Below, piece by piece: positions 7,793 to 17,328 of a stretch of DNA of 64,000 bases. Under the pieces are notes generated by a model that saw nothing but the letters and a program-made list of their open reading frames with translations, did not search any database and was not told the origin of the DNA. Position 1 is the first letter of the stretch, and each line of letters opens with the position of its first letter. The position numbers were made by a program, and so were the translations under genes. Source of the stretch: an uncultured Anaerolineae bacterium (GTDB lineage: Bacteria > Chloroflexota > Anaerolineae > Aggregatilineales > UBA3940); the NCBI GenBank assembly GCA_964439625.1, contig CAYTPI010000005.1, positions 32,637 through 96,636 on the forward strand. Direction: 5' to 3'.

Positions 7793-9265
7793 ATGTTGAC
7801 GATTATGGGACTTGGCCCGGGTGACCCTGATCTTGTAACGCGTAAGGCTTGGGGCGAGCTTGAAAATTCTGACAATGTGTACCTGCGGACACGCCATCAC
7901 CCCGGGGTTGCATCTCTGCCCAACAACCACACTTATAAGTCGTTTGATGCGATCTACGAGCAAGCTGAGAGTTTCGAAATAGTCTATCAGACAATTGTGG
8001 ACACCTTAGTAAACGAAGCAAAGTCTGCTGACGTTATTTACGCTGTTCCAGGTGATCCTACAGTGGCGGAGGCTGCTGTCTTTGGTCTTTTGAAAGCCTG
8101 CCGCGATGCTCAAATTCAGGTAGAAATTGTGCATGGGGTCAGCTTTATAGAACCTACCTTAGCAGCCGTACAGCTCGACGCAGGCGCAGGCATACAGTTG
8201 TTTGATGCGCTCGATATCGCCCAAGCCTATCATCCACCAATCAACCCGGATTTTCCCGCGATTATTACGCAGATCTATAGTCAGCAAGTTGCGTCAGATA
8301 TCAAGCTAACCTTGATGAACCAATATCCGGATGAATTCGTAGTGATGTTTGTACATGCCGCAGGAACGACTATGCAACGTGTCGACAAAATGCCACTCTA
8401 CGAGATCGACCGTGTTGGCCTTGCTGATTTGTCATCATTGGTTGTGCCAGCCTACGCCGACGGCGCCAAAGTTGGTTTTGCGGCTTTTCAGGACACAATT
8501 GCAAAACTGCGCGATCCGCTAGATGGCTGCCCATGGGATATCAAGCAAACTCATGAGTCTCTTAAAAAATATTTAATTGAAGAGACATACGAGGTTGTTG
8601 ATGCCATCGGTCAGGTTGAAGACGACCCCGACCACCTCGCAGAAGAACTGGGTGATCTGCTGCTGCAAGTCGTACTACATACACAAGTTGCCATTGATGC
8701 GGGCGAATTCCGAATGGCTGATGTCATTCAACACATCGATGCTAAGATCAAACGTCGGCATCCGCATGTCTGGGGTGATGTTGACGTTAATGGTAACTTA
8801 AAGACAGTTGAGGCGAACTGGGAAGTGATCAAAGCGGCAGAACGGGCTGCAAAAGCTGATGATGCGCCTGCGTTCGAAAGCCTTCTGGATGGTGTCCCAA
8901 AATCTCTGCCAGCGTTACTTCAAGGCCACATATACGATTTGCGAGCCGTCAAAGTCGGATTTGATTGGTCAACGGAGCAGGGCGTCCGTGATAAGGTGGC
9001 GGAAGAGCTTCAAGAGATTATCGATGCGCAGTCACGCGAAGAACGACTTGACGAGATAGGCGATCTGCTTCTGACTATCGTTGTGTGGTCTCGTTGGCTC
9101 GACGTTAACCCCGAAGACGCCCTACGGCATGCAAATAAAAAATTTTACCTGCGCTTTTCCACCATGGAAAAAATCGCTTTAGAGCAAGGCCTCATTCTGA
9201 AGGAGCTAACCTTCGATCAATGGGATGCCCTCTGGCAGCAGGCAAAGGCAACATCAGTGCTGTAA
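7793..9265 (+). CDS. YabN-type fusion: tetrapyrrole (corrin/porphyrin) methylase-like domain plus tandem MazG NTP pyrophosphohydrolase domains
   Basis: 490 aa. The N-terminus MGLGPGDPDLVT is methylase-like. The C-terminal half carries two MazG repeats (EETYEVVDAI...EELGDLLLQV and EELQEIIDA...EIGDLLLTIV). Confidence 0.85.
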   Translation: MLTIMGLGPGDPDLVTRKAWGELENSDNVYLRTRHHPGVASLPNNHTYKSFDAIYEQAESFEIVYQTIVDTLVNEAKSADVIYAVPGDPTVAEAAVFGLLKACRDAQIQVEIVHGVSFIEPTLAAVQLDAGAGIQLFDALDIAQAYHPPINPDFPAIITQIYSQQVASDIKLTLMNQYPDEFVVMFVHAAGTTMQRVDKMPLYEIDRVGLADLSSLVVPAYADGAKVGFAAFQDTIAKLRDPLDGCPWDIKQTHESLKKYLIEETYEVVDAIGQVEDDPDHLAEELGDLLLQVVLHTQVAIDAGEFRMADVIQHIDAKIKRRHPHVWGDVDVNGNLKTVEANWEVIKAAERAAKADDAPAFESLLDGVPKSLPALLQGHIYDLRAVKVGFDWSTEQGVRDKVAEELQEIIDAQSREERLDEIGDLLLTIVVWSRWLDVNPEDALRHANKKFYLRFSTMEKIALEQGLILKELTFDQWDALWQQAKATSVL

Positions 9266-9302
9266 GTGACCTGCCGCATAAATTATCTTGCTGATGATGG
9301 AT

Positions 9303-9340
9303 GCAGAAAGAAAAGAGCTTCTCGGTTTTGAGAAGCTCTT
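9303..9340 (-). terminator. Intrinsic terminator downstream of tRNA-Pro; the hairpin also faces the yabN-like gene
   Basis: Perfect 11-bp stem AAGAGCTTCTC(9313-9323)/GAGAAGCTCTT(9330-9340) with a 6-nt loop. On the minus strand it is followed by TTCTTTCT. Confidence 0.7.
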
Positions 9341-9346
9341 GCTGTG

Positions 9347-9420
9347 TCGGGGCGGCGGGATTCGAACCCACGACCTCACCGACCCGAACGGTGCGCGCTA
9401 CCGGGCTGCGCTACGCCCCG
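9347..9420 (-). tRNA. tRNA-Pro (anticodon CGG)
   Basis: Manual fold of the reverse complement. Acceptor CGGGGCG/CGCCCCG, D-arm GCGC/GCGC, anticodon stem CACCG/CGGTG with loop TTCGGGT, T-arm GTGGG-TTCGAAT-CCCGC, discriminator A. No encoded CCA. Confidence 0.9.
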
Positions 9421-9437
9421 AACAAATTCAGACTCAC

Positions 9438-9466
9438 ATCTTATCGTAAAGATATGGTACAAGCAA
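9438..9466 (-). promoter_or_regulatory. Candidate sigma-70-type promoter for tRNA-Pro
   Basis: On the minus strand, TTGCTT, a 17-nt spacer, then TAAGAT, ending 17 nt before the mature tRNA 5' end. Confidence 0.4.
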
Positions 9467-9471
9467 TGTTC

Positions 9472-10170
9472 TTACTCAATGGTGCTAGGTTGCTCCGGGT
9501 AAATAATGGAAAGGATGCGAGCCAGAACCTCCTCCTTTTCCATCCCCGTTGTGTCAATCGTGATGGCGTCATCAGCCGGGCGTAATGGTGCCACAGCTCT
9601 CTTACTGTCGATTAGGTCACGTTGTTTTGTAACAGCTAAAATTTCATCATAAGTGATGTTTTTGCCCTGTGCCTCAAACTGAGAAAAGCGGCGTTTGGCA
9701 CGCGCCTCGACTGTTGCATCCATGTAAATCTTGAGATCTGCGTCAGGCATAACGACAGTGCCAATGTCACGACCGACCATCACAATCTGACCGCGTTGTC
9801 CGATAATGCGTTGTTTCTCTGTCAAGATTTGTCGCACGCCAAGGTAAGCGGCTACTTGGCTGACATTGCCATCAACCTCAGGGGTGCGTAGTTCGCTGGT
9901 GACATCGACGCCATCCAAATAGATAGCTGGCATGACACCTTGGCGCATATCGTCTTGGCGTACATCAATTTCTTTGACTTGGATAGCCTGAACAATTCTC
10001 TGCTCATCACTAACATCGACTCCATTTTTTAGAGCACATAGTGTTGCCGCCCGGTACATAAGCCCAGTATCAAAGTATAAGTAGCCCAACTGCTGTGCTA
10101 AATCCTGAGCAACGGTTGTTTTTCCCGCGGCAGCGGGCCCGTCAATGGCAATGCTGGATGGCATGGGCAC
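9472..10170 (-). CDS. cmk: Cytidylate kinase
   Basis: 232-aa ORF with [13 protein letters not shown] and the [16 protein letters not shown] region typical of Cmk. Confidence 0.92.
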   Translation of the reverse strand: MPMPSSIAIDGPAAAGKTTVAQDLAQQLGYLYFDTGLMYRAATLCALKNGVDVSDEQRIVQAIQVKEIDVRQDDMRQGVMPAIYLDGVDVTSELRTPEVDGNVSQVAAYLGVRQILTEKQRIIGQRGQIVMVGRDIGTVVMPDADLKIYMDATVEARAKRRFSQFEAQGKNITYDEILAVTKQRDLIDSKRAVAPLRPADDAITIDTTGMEKEEVLARILSIIYPEQPSTIE

Positions 10171-10230
10171 GGTGTGTTCTTCCCCTCTGATTGCTAATGA
10201 TTGGGATCAACAGTACGAGATCATTAGTAG

Positions 10231-10989
10231 CTAGCGGTGGCGTTTTTTGCGGCTGTTTTTCTTAGCCGGTTGGTTCCGGTAAGGTTCAAGTGCGCTAACT
10301 TCCTCTTTTGTTAGGTGACGCCATTCACCAATAGATAGGTCGCCCATTGTAATCGGTCCAATCTCTCGTCGCGTAAGTCGCTTCACTGGATGGCCCAATT
10401 TAGCGGCTACTTTCCTGATTTGGCGCTTACGTCCTTCTCGCATCGTAATGCGAAGCTGGCTGCTGCCGTTTTCCGTTTTGATGACTTCCACGTCCGCAGG
10501 GAGAGTTCTTTTGCCATTCAGCCCGATGCCCTCACGCCATGTCTGTAGTGCAGCCTCAGACGGATGCCCCTCTACCACCACATCATACACCTTTTTATGT
10601 TCATAACGCGGGTGTGTTAAGCGGTTAGCGAGCTTGCCATCATCTGTAAACAGCAGTAACCCCTCACTGTTCAGGTCAAGACGTCCCACAGGGAAAAGAT
10701 GGCCCTCTACTGATATTAAATCCCGTGCTGATGTCAGTTTACCTTTTACATCCTCATCAGAAATGACACCCTGGGGCTTGTTCAATATGATGTAAGTGAA
10801 CGAGTCTGGTAGGCTAATTTCCTGTCCATCAATTGCGATTTGATCGACGTCAGCGTTCGCTCTTTGACCTAATGACACCCGCTTTCCGTTAATGGTCACG
10901 CGACCAGCACGAATTAGCTCTTCGCACGTCCGCCGAGATCCGTATCCTGCTCTTGCCAATATTTTCTGCACACGTTCTTCAGATACCAT
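10231..10989 (-). CDS. Pseudouridine synthase, RsuA/RluB family (S4 domain plus catalytic domain)
   Basis: S4 motif RVQKILARAGYGSRR, catalytic GRLDLNSEGLLLFTDDG, and a basic C-tail. Confidence 0.88.
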   Translation of the reverse strand: MVSEERVQKILARAGYGSRRTCEELIRAGRVTINGKRVSLGQRANADVDQIAIDGQEISLPDSFTYIILNKPQGVISDEDVKGKLTSARDLISVEGHLFPVGRLDLNSEGLLLFTDDGKLANRLTHPRYEHKKVYDVVVEGHPSEAALQTWREGIGLNGKRTLPADVEVIKTENGSSQLRITMREGRKRQIRKVAAKLGHPVKRLTRREIGPITMGDLSIGEWRHLTKEEVSALEPYRNQPAKKNSRKKRHR

Positions 10990-11131
10990 AGCGTCGAATG
11001 ACTATCAACCAAACATCCTGAGTCTACACATCACCTGTGACACGTCAAGTCACATTGGAGATGCATTTTACTTTCACTCATAGCCTCAACATTGATTTAC
11101 CACCGTTTGACCATCGTTGCAGAACCATTCA

Positions 11132-11160
11132 TTGCAACAGTCCCTGACGCTCTATATAAT
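11132..11160 (+). promoter_or_regulatory. Candidate strong sigma-70-type promoter for the 11194 lipoprotein gene
   Basis: TTGCAA (11132-11137), a 17-nt spacer, then TATAAT (11155-11160). Confidence 0.5.
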
Positions 11161-11193
11161 CCCGCTGCTAAATATCCATGTGAAAGAGCTTGA

Positions 11194-11814
11194 ATGTTTA
11201 AACACAAACGTTCTATTACGATGCTTGTTGTCATTAGCGTGCTGGCGTTGGGGATAGTTGCCTGTAACCTGCCGTTTCGAGCCGAATCTATAGAAGCTAC
11301 CGAAGCACCCTCACCACAACTGGTGGAGGGGCAGGTGGTACAGTCTTCGGAAGAGGCACTTCAGTCATTCAGCGATAAATGGCGTTATTTGAATATGTCT
11401 ACGCCAACCGGACCTTTCTCTGTGACGTTTACTGAGGCAGAGGTGACTGCGGCGTTAAATCAGGTCGTTGTCGAGGCTGAACAGCGCGGTGTGGATATTC
11501 CACCCATCAACAACATACAAGTTGAGCTTGAAAACGGCACGATCTCGATTTCCGGTGTTGTTCGGGTTGAGCCAATCAACGTCAATGCGAATATTAGCGC
11601 TGTACCCAGTATTGACAGCAATGGCTTGGTTGATTTGACAATCACAGATGCGTCGTTTGGTGTGCTAGATTTGGATCAAGCTGATCTCAACGAGCTTGAG
11701 CAGGCCGCCGAACAGGCCATTAATGAGCCCATCCAATCGTCACCGTTTGACATCACCTTGACAGAAATTGGCGTGGCAAACGGCGAAATTCGTATGAGTG
11801 GAACAATTAACTAG
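11194..11814 (+). CDS. Hypothetical lipoprotein
   Basis: 206 aa. Signal peptide with lipobox LGIVAC. The mature part is acidic and beta-rich, with no family recognised. Confidence 0.6.
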   Translation: MFKHKRSITMLVVISVLALGIVACNLPFRAESIEATEAPSPQLVEGQVVQSSEEALQSFSDKWRYLNMSTPTGPFSVTFTEAEVTAALNQVVVEAEQRGVDIPPINNIQVELENGTISISGVVRVEPINVNANISAVPSIDSNGLVDLTITDASFGVLDLDQADLNELEQAAEQAINEPIQSSPFDITLTEIGVANGEIRMSGTIN

Positions 11815-12506
11815 CCGCGTATTTCTGTCATTCCCGTGTCAGAAGGTACGTCAGAGCTGCCATCCGCTAACGGTGGGGGTGGCGGCGGGGTCGGTGTCCG
11901 CGGTGCTGCTTCAGCGTGACGGCTTCCACTGCCGAATGGGCTGTTTTGACCTAACTTTTCTAGTCCACTAGCATGCCGCACTTTAATTTCTGGCGTACTA
12001 GCGAGATGCAAGCCCATTTGTTGTTCAACAATTTCTTTGACGATACTCTGAAGCTGTTCAATTTTGTTGGGGACGTTTGTCTCTGGCATAATGCCAACTT
12101 CTAACCTGACGTCAATCTTCTTGCGCTTGGCGCGCACGTCTGAATGCACAGAGACAATACCACCAACCCGCTCTTTGATAACCTTGAGCCGCTGCGAAAC
12201 AGCCTCAAAGGTCACTTCAGCTGTGCCGCCACCAATGAGTTTGACTTGTGCTTTGGTCGGTTTACTTTGCTTGATTTCAAAAAAGAGGATCAAAATGAGT
12301 AATAGATCGACTGCTGCGGCAATACCAATCATTACCTGTGATGATTGTGCCCCCAAGTTTGTGACGCTTGCAGTATAGCTGTTTGCTAGATTTGTAAATA
12401 GCCCTGTTGCTATTGTAGGAAACGCTAGCATTAACGTAACAATTGGGATCAAAATAATCAGAATAATGATTGTGAAAACTTTATTAATAATATGCACCAG
12501 CAACAC
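11811..12506 (-). CDS. Membrane protein with an Asp23-like soluble domain (AmaP-like anchor) and a Pro-rich C-tail
   Basis: 231 aa. Two N-terminal TM segments, then a VKLIGGGTAEVTFEAVSQRL...VRLEV region resembling Asp23/AmaP, then a PRTPTPPPPPP tail. GTG start. Confidence 0.4.
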   Translation of the reverse strand: MLLVHIINKVFTIIILIILIPIVTLMLAFPTIATGLFTNLANSYTASVTNLGAQSSQVMIGIAAAVDLLLILILFFEIKQSKPTKAQVKLIGGGTAEVTFEAVSQRLKVIKERVGGIVSVHSDVRAKRKKIDVRLEVGIMPETNVPNKIEQLQSIVKEIVEQQMGLHLASTPEIKVRHASGLEKLGQNSPFGSGSRHAEAAPRTPTPPPPPPLADGSSDVPSDTGMTEIRG

Positions 12507-12642
12507 GATCCTTAGTTTACTATCTAATTAGCTACGACGATTATACCATTATAAACTTGCATTATCTCTTATGTTACTTCAATCTACGGCGCTTGCAACG
12601 GAATGAAGTTGGGAAATCTGTACCACACGGGTTATAAGCCTT

Positions 12643-13266
12643 ATGATTTGTTTGTTAGGGAGCGAAGGCTTGCAGCAAAAAGATGCTATTATCTGGCGTG
12701 GTATTGAGAACGTTATGCCACTAGGCAATGTGAATATATTGACGGTTGCTCTCTCAGACCACAAAGTTTCTGCAAGAGACTATCGCGTTCAATATGTCGT
12801 CGGCTATCTTCAACGGCGGGGTATTCAGTCGACGGTTTGCCATACGTTAGCTTCGCTTGACTTTGCCCATCCGACGATTGTTACGAGTGGACACGCTGAA
12901 CGCCTGCTTGGTACACTGCCCTATCCATCAAAGGGTGATTGGCTGTTCTTGGGTGCAAGCTCTGTTGTTTTGGGCTCACTTGTCAGCATTGCTGAGCGAA
13001 CTAAACCAGCCGAGCCTGAATTCAACTTGGTTACTGGCTTCGGTTTGATTGACGGACTAATTCTGCCTTTCTTTGAACAACTTGAACGCGAGCTGCATAC
13101 AGCTTTGACTGCGAAGCTGCACCCCACTACTCGGATAGTTGGCCTAGAGGCACACACTGCTATTATCATCGCTTCTGAAATGACAATTCTGGGCAGCGGT
13201 GCTGTCCATGTGAATGGTCGGCGCTATATTGCAGGCACTCACCTCCCATTAGAGATAAAGAAATAG
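12643..13266 (+). CDS. Hypothetical protein, no family recognised
   Basis: 207-aa ORF ending 1 nt before the YfhO-like gene start. The start is uncertain (ATG 12643 or ATG 12706). Confidence 0.45.
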   Translation: MICLLGSEGLQQKDAIIWRGIENVMPLGNVNILTVALSDHKVSARDYRVQYVVGYLQRRGIQSTVCHTLASLDFAHPTIVTSGHAERLLGTLPYPSKGDWLFLGASSVVLGSLVSIAERTKPAEPEFNLVTGFGLIDGLILPFFEQLERELHTALTAKLHPTTRIVGLEAHTAIIIASEMTILGSGAVHVNGRRYIAGTHLPLEIKK

Positions 13267-13267
13267 T

Positions 13268-15988
13268 ATGCTCCGTCGTTTTCGCCTTGACTTAATTGCG
13301 ATACTCATCTTAATTGTCGTTGTCCTCCTATTTTTCTGGCAGTATGCACTCACTGCGAAAATTCTCCCTCGTGGAGATGCTTTCATTTATTTCTACCCTT
13401 ATTGGGATTACAAACACGAGGTTATGCGGAATGGTCAACTGCCACTGTGGAATCCTTATCTCTTCATGGGAGTGCCTTTCCTTGCCAATAGTCAGGCTGG
13501 CGTACTGTACCCTCCGAACTGGTTGCTTATCCCTTTCTCTGCCCCTGTGGCTGTGAAACTCGCTCTCTTGAGCCATATCTCTTGGGCGGCGGTTGGTATG
13601 TATGCGTTTGCTCGCCGGTCGCTGATGCTTCACCCCATGCCAGCTATTTTGGCGGGTCTCGTCTTCTCTTTGAGTGGCTACCTTGGCGCGCAGGTTGAGC
13701 ATGTCAACCAAATTCAGGGGATGGCTTGGATACCTTTTCTCTTTTTGGTTTGGTCAGAGATTGTTGACCACCGACGGTATCGCCTCGTCGCCTTGCTTGC
13801 CGTCTTGTTTGCCTTGCAATTATTGGCTGGTCATACGCAGTCGGCTTTTATCTCCGGGGTCGGGTTAGGTGTCTATGCGCTCTATGTGACGCTCAGACGT
13901 TGGGCCGCCAACGAGCGTACCCCTGTGTCGTTGACTTTGCCTCTTGGGAGTCTTGCAGGGGCATCAATCGTGTCCTTGGGCTTGGCGGCTGGTCAACTAC
14001 TGCCAACGTTGGAATTGACATCTCTCAGTCACCGGGGTGGGGGACTTAGCGCTTTAGAAGCGGTATCTTTCTCCTTGCAACCGTTGTTGTTGGGGCGCAC
14101 TCTTCTCCCAGATTTTACGCCTGGCCCCTTATTATTTTCTGAATATGTGGCTTACCTTGGTGTGAGTGTTCTACTCCTCATTGTGATCGGCGTATTTGCC
14201 ATTCGGCCTAAAGTCACCGGAGTCTTTGTTGTCATGCTGCTTGGGTTGGTCCTCGCGTTCGGAGCCTATAATCCGGTTTATTGGTTTTTGGTCAATCTCG
14301 TTCCTGGGTTCGATCTCTTTCGCGCACCCGCCCGCTGGCTGCTCTTGTTCGTTTTTGGGTCGGCAGGCCTGGCTGGCATCGGCCTCGAAGCGATCCTCGC
14401 GTCCGAATGGTCAAGAAAGCTAAGGCTATCTATTCTATTCGCGAGCGGGTTGATTGCTCTTTTGGGGGTGCTTAGCTTCTTGACCTCTGTTGAAGCGCAG
14501 CCCGGTATAGGGATTGGCGAACCACGTTCCATTGACATCGTGATATGGCTACTCGTGTTCTTTATTAGCCTAGCAATCCTCCTAATCGATAGTTTGAAAG
14601 CCTATCGTGTAACCCTCCTAACCATATTGGTTGCGCTTGAATTATTCTTGGCTGCGCATGCGCAGCCATACAATCGCGTGAGTTCGCCATTGGTATGGAC
14701 TACCGAGCGGCAAGCTATTAGTGTGTTAGAGGTTGCACAGGGCGAACGAGAACCCGGCGGACGGATGCTGTCTATCTCTGAGACATTCTTTGATCCCGGT
14801 GATCTTGCGGAGATTAACGTCGTCTACGGAGATCGCCTCAGTGAGCAAGAACTAGCAGACTATATTATCGGCACCAAGCAAAAAGAAATTCTATCCCCTA
14901 ATTTGCCGCTTGCTTGGGAAATTTACTCAATTGATGGCTTTGATGGCGGTTTACTGCCGACAGCGGCTTACATTGACTATACAGCGCTGTTTTTACCAGA
15001 GGATGTAACCGCCACCGATGGTCGCCTCCGTGAGTATTTGCCAGCAGCCCCCCCGCTTGACTATCTGGCGCAATCAAACGTTCAATTTTTGATCACCGAT
15101 AAGGTGTTTGATGCATGGGTGGACGGCACGTATCACGATTTACAGTTTCCTCAACAGTTGACTGCTTATGCTGAACCATGGGAGCCTTTTGTAGCCACTG
15201 GTATGAGTGTGATTGCCACCGACAATCGTGCTGAGGCGGTCGCCACTGCTGCTGGACAGCTTACTATTATTACGACAGATGGCGAGGCAATAGAGGTTCC
15301 TTTATCGGAAGACGATGCATTTGACCCATCTCTGACTGAGTATCGCGCTTCTTTGGTCTTTTGGGGTCAATCGGCTGAAGTCGAGTCTATTTCAGTGACG
15401 CTTGACCCCGGTGTTATGCTGCGAGGAATTACGCTAATTGACACGCGTTCAAACGCCTTTATGCCCACAGTTCTGACGCCGTCGGATAATTGGCATATGG
15501 CTTTGCTCCATGCTGCGGACATAAAAATTTACGACCTTGTCTCCTCTCCACCCAGAATTCGCGTTGTCTGTGCTGCTGACGTGCAGTTTGTTGAGACAGT
15601 CGATAACACTTGGGAACTTTTGCCGCAAGAGACAGTCATTGTCGGGACTGAGCCGGGTACAATCGCTTGTATCGATAACATCCCGTCTGTTGATGTTATT
15701 GAGTATCGTCCAGAAGAGGTTGTCGTTGCGCTAGACGATATCGAAGCGGGGCACATTTTATTGATCACCGATGCAAATTATCCGGGTTGGCAGGCTACTG
15801 TGGATGGCGAACAAACGGACATTTTAGTGGCGAATGGTATGTTTCGGGCTGTTTCGTTGGGTGAGGGAGCCGAACGCGTTGTCATGTCTTATCGCAGCAA
15901 ACCGTTCGAGCGCGGCATGCAGATCGGTGCTATCACATGGATTGCCTGTTTGTTCGCCCTCACTTTTCAGAAACGGCGTAAAGGTTAA
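13268..15988 (+). CDS. YfhO-like polytopic membrane glycosyltransferase (GT-C type)
   Basis: 906 aa with many TM helices. The N-terminal LWNPYLFMGVPFLANSQAGVLYPPNWL motif is typical of the YfhO family. Large extracytoplasmic C-terminal region plus a final TM. Confidence 0.6.
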   Translation: MLRRFRLDLIAILILIVVVLLFFWQYALTAKILPRGDAFIYFYPYWDYKHEVMRNGQLPLWNPYLFMGVPFLANSQAGVLYPPNWLLIPFSAPVAVKLALLSHISWAAVGMYAFARRSLMLHPMPAILAGLVFSLSGYLGAQVEHVNQIQGMAWIPFLFLVWSEIVDHRRYRLVALLAVLFALQLLAGHTQSAFISGVGLGVYALYVTLRRWAANERTPVSLTLPLGSLAGASIVSLGLAAGQLLPTLELTSLSHRGGGLSALEAVSFSLQPLLLGRTLLPDFTPGPLLFSEYVAYLGVSVLLLIVIGVFAIRPKVTGVFVVMLLGLVLAFGAYNPVYWFLVNLVPGFDLFRAPARWLLLFVFGSAGLAGIGLEAILASEWSRKLRLSILFASGLIALLGVLSFLTSVEAQPGIGIGEPRSIDIVIWLLVFFISLAILLIDSLKAYRVTLLTILVALELFLAAHAQPYNRVSSPLVWTTERQAISVLEVAQGEREPGGRMLSISETFFDPGDLAEINVVYGDRLSEQELADYIIGTKQKEILSPNLPLAWEIYSIDGFDGGLLPTAAYIDYTALFLPEDVTATDGRLREYLPAAPPLDYLAQSNVQFLITDKVFDAWVDGTYHDLQFPQQLTAYAEPWEPFVATGMSVIATDNRAEAVATAAGQLTIITTDGEAIEVPLSEDDAFDPSLTEYRASLVFWGQSAEVESISVTLDPGVMLRGITLIDTRSNAFMPTVLTPSDNWHMALLHAADIKIYDLVSSPPRIRVVCAADVQFVETVDNTWELLPQETVIVGTEPGTIACIDNIPSVDVIEYRPEEVVVALDDIEAGHILLITDANYPGWQATVDGEQTDILVANGMFRAVSLGEGAERVVMSYRSKPFERGMQIGAITWIACLFALTFQKRRKG

Positions 15989-16054
15989 GTCCGTGACACA
16001 CTTCGTGTAGCTGTTTATGTGATTTATTCAACCATCTATTTGACTAACTATAAT

Positions 16055-17314
16055 TCAGGTACCCTTTTGTTCATCTTGCCAATAGACAAGCTCTTTTTGC
16101 GAATATTGGCTGTTAATGTTTCGCAGAATTTGTTCCGCTGCTTTAACCATGCGTAGATCGTTGCTACGGAGCTCGTCAGCAACTTGGCGTACAGCAGGGT
16201 CGCCAATAGCTATCAACGTTCGACCTGCTGTGCGCCTAAGTTCACCATCTTGTGACAATGCCTGAATGAGTAGGGGGATAGCATCGGCTTCGAAGTTCCT
16301 CAAAATACGTACCGCGGTGTCACGTCGGAACTCATCATGACTACCCAGCATCTCGACTATTTCAGGCAGTATCTCTGTCCCGATCTCGCTCAGAATCTCG
16401 ACTGAAGCTAAGCGAATATTCGTATCATCATCCGCCATGATGTCCAGCATTTGTGGCTTAATGTCTCGCACCATCTGCCCAAGCGCCCATGTGCCTGAGC
16501 GAATAGCAACCGTACTATTTTTACGCATTTCGCTGAGGATGCCCTCTACGACGTCTGTTCCACCAATGCGAACCATACTCCAAGCGGCATCCCACGTATC
16601 CTGTTCATTTCGTGATGACATCATCTCAAGCAAGCCAGGCAGGGCGCGCTCGTCGTCTTTGGCTGCCAATGCCTTTACCGCTATCCAACGGATTTCCCGT
16701 TCGGGGTGCTGCATCGCTAAGGCCAGCGCGTTACCTGCTGCCGGATGGTCAGAGTTTGTTAGTGTCTCAATAGCTGTTGCACGGACGCTGGGTTCAAAAC
16801 TCTCTAATCCTTCGTATGCTTCTCGGATTGTAGTTGGGGTGTTTGGTGGTAGGGTCGGCACATCAGAAGAAATGGGGGCAGCCGCATCCATGCTATCTGT
16901 CGTTTCGCCCGTTATCTGAGGCGTCATACTTGGTGGCGCGACGGCATCCCTGATGATATTTGCTAATGCATCCCAAGCAGGCCCTGCTGTAAAGTCAATT
17001 GCGGGAATTGTCCTTAATTTTGGATGCACGGTACCTGCCCGTAATTGTAGCGCAATTAACGGCTTGTTTTGTGAACTGGCTGTGGCCCATTCATACGTTG
17101 CATAATCTGAGGCGCGTGCCTGTGGTGAACAGATAATCAACATTAAATCGCAGGCGGCTATTTGCGCATCTGTATTGTCGTCCCATGGTGCTTCACCTGT
17201 CAGCCGACCTATGGTGTAAACTAGGTTGATTGTATTATCTTGTGCGAACTGTTTTACCAGCAGCTTCATAAAAACCGCATCTTGCTTGCTGAATGAAACA
17301 TATATGTTTGCCAT
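16055..17314 (-). CDS. TIR-domain protein fused to HEAT (PBS-lyase type) repeats
   Basis: 419 aa. The N-terminus has IYVSFSKQD, LMLIICSPQARASDYATYEWATA and PLIALQL in a TIR_2-like beta-alpha pattern. The C-terminal half holds repeated HEAT units. No TM segment or signal peptide. Confidence 0.6.
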   Translation of the reverse strand: MANIYVSFSKQDAVFMKLLVKQFAQDNTINLVYTIGRLTGEAPWDDNTDAQIAACDLMLIICSPQARASDYATYEWATASSQNKPLIALQLRAGTVHPKLRTIPAIDFTAGPAWDALANIIRDAVAPPSMTPQITGETTDSMDAAAPISSDVPTLPPNTPTTIREAYEGLESFEPSVRATAIETLTNSDHPAAGNALALAMQHPEREIRWIAVKALAAKDDERALPGLLEMMSSRNEQDTWDAAWSMVRIGGTDVVEGILSEMRKNSTVAIRSGTWALGQMVRDIKPQMLDIMADDDTNIRLASVEILSEIGTEILPEIVEMLGSHDEFRRDTAVRILRNFEADAIPLLIQALSQDGELRRTAGRTLIAIGDPAVRQVADELRSNDLRMVKAAEQILRNINSQYSQKELVYWQDEQKGT

Positions 17315-17328
17315 GGTATGCCTCTGGT

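Noticed and set aside
7793-9265. MazG pyrophosphohydrolase as a phage-related or (p)ppGpp-counteracting accessory gene
   Set aside because: It is the conserved YabN-type methylase-MazG fusion in a housekeeping context next to surE. There are no mazEF or phage genes nearby.
9347-9420. tRNA-Pro as an integration hot spot for a genomic island
   Set aside because: There is no integrase, and I saw no duplicated tRNA 3' segment nearby. The flanking genes (cmk and the yabN-like gene) are core genes.
9301-9585. 94-aa plus-strand ORF in the ORF track
   Set aside because: It runs straight across the terminator hairpin and the minus-strand tRNA-Pro, and into the antisense of cmk. It has no RBS and its composition is not protein-like.
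16437-16919. 160-aa plus-strand ORF inside the TIR-HEAT gene
   Set aside because: It is antisense to a frame with clear TIR and HEAT periodicity. The product is Ser/Arg-rich with no recognisable fold.
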